Source: Sphyrna mokarran
Taxonomy: Eukaryota
NCBI GenBank assembly: GCA_024679065.1
Contig: JAGIQG010000036.1
Coordinates: forward strand, 12,772,001 to 12,836,000
Direction of reading: 5' to 3'
Length of the DNA: 64,000 nucleotides
Shown here: positions 63,670 to 64,000 of the stretch, in pieces
Position numbering within the stretch: the stretch's first letter is position 1
Layout: each line of letters begins with the position of its first letter
Notes under the pieces: model-generated
What the model saw: only the letters and a program-made list of their open reading frames with translations
Databases searched by the model: none
Told to the model about the DNA's origin: nothing
Position numbers and translations under genes: made by a program

Positions 63670-63820
63670 GGTTTTTGTTGAACTGTTCCATCTCTCTGAG
63701 TCAGAGTGAAGACTCCAGGTGCAGTAAAACACGGCCGAGTGATTCACCCACAGGCTGGAGGAACTCAGTTCAACTCCAACCCACTGGGTCACTGAAACTG
63801 GCTATCATCCCCTGTGGATT
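63670..63820 (-). pseudogene. TRBV: TRBV V13 3' fragment with mutated RSS
   Basis: FR3 remnant (NPQG...VNHSAVFYCTWS, frameshifted); heptamer CACTCTG 63702..63708, nonamer 63670..63678; 5' part interrupted by a Penelope-like end. Confidence 0.8.
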
Positions 63821-63856
63821 TAAATAAGCCGAACCCCTGGACTAAACCAGACACAA

Positions 63857-64000
63857 TTCTCACAACACCAGGTTAAGGTCCAACGGGTTTATTTGGTAGC
63901 ACAAGCTTTCGGAGTGTTACTTCTCTTCAGTGAGTGATGAGTTGTGTTCACAAACAGGGGGCATATACAGACACAAACTCAATTTACAAGATAACAGTAG
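63857..64000 (-). mobile_element. Penelope-like terminal repeat with hammerhead core (runs off window)
   Basis: Homologous to 53640-53780; CTGAAGA (63930..63924)...GAAA-GC-TT-GTG. Confidence 0.7.

Noticed and set aside
1076-63820. IgH/IgNAR cluster or NAR-TCR interpretation
   Set aside because: No D segments with paired RSSs, no J (WGxG/FGxG) and no C exons follow the V genes; FYS, AERP and CAWS/CxCS motifs fit TRBV.

Overview
Vertebrate genomic DNA, almost certainly a shark (dense HE1/V-SINE and CR1/HER1-type LINE content). The window is part of a T-cell receptor V-gene array, most likely TRB. It holds 12 two-exon V genes (leader + V exon + 23-bp-spacer RSS), one 3' V fragment and one orphan RSS, all on the minus strand; no D, J or C segments are seen. 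There are two V lineages. A CxCS-ending family (V1, V4, V7) resembles mouse TRBV1. A CAWS-ending superfamily (V2, V3, V5, V6, V8-V13) resembles human TRBV30/mouse TRBV31. Six genes look intact (V1, V4, V6, V7, V11, V12); the others have RSS, start-codon, splice, cysteine or frameshift defects. About 0.5-49.9 kb is a tandem triplication of a 4-V cassette whose boundaries fall in V-SINE copies. The most notable signal is a conserved module at the CAWS-family RSS: a perfect AP-1 site (TGACTCA) across the heptamer/spacer junction, a near-invariant spacer, and an ETS + E-box pair just beyond the nonamer. The rest is CR1 LINEs (some with a V-SINE-like domain in the 3' UTR), Penelope-like remnants with hammerhead-ribozyme motifs, two solo LTRs, a 44-bp tandem repeat and a 144-N gap. 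V numbering is mine. Comparisons to mammalian sequences are from memory and need alignment to confirm.
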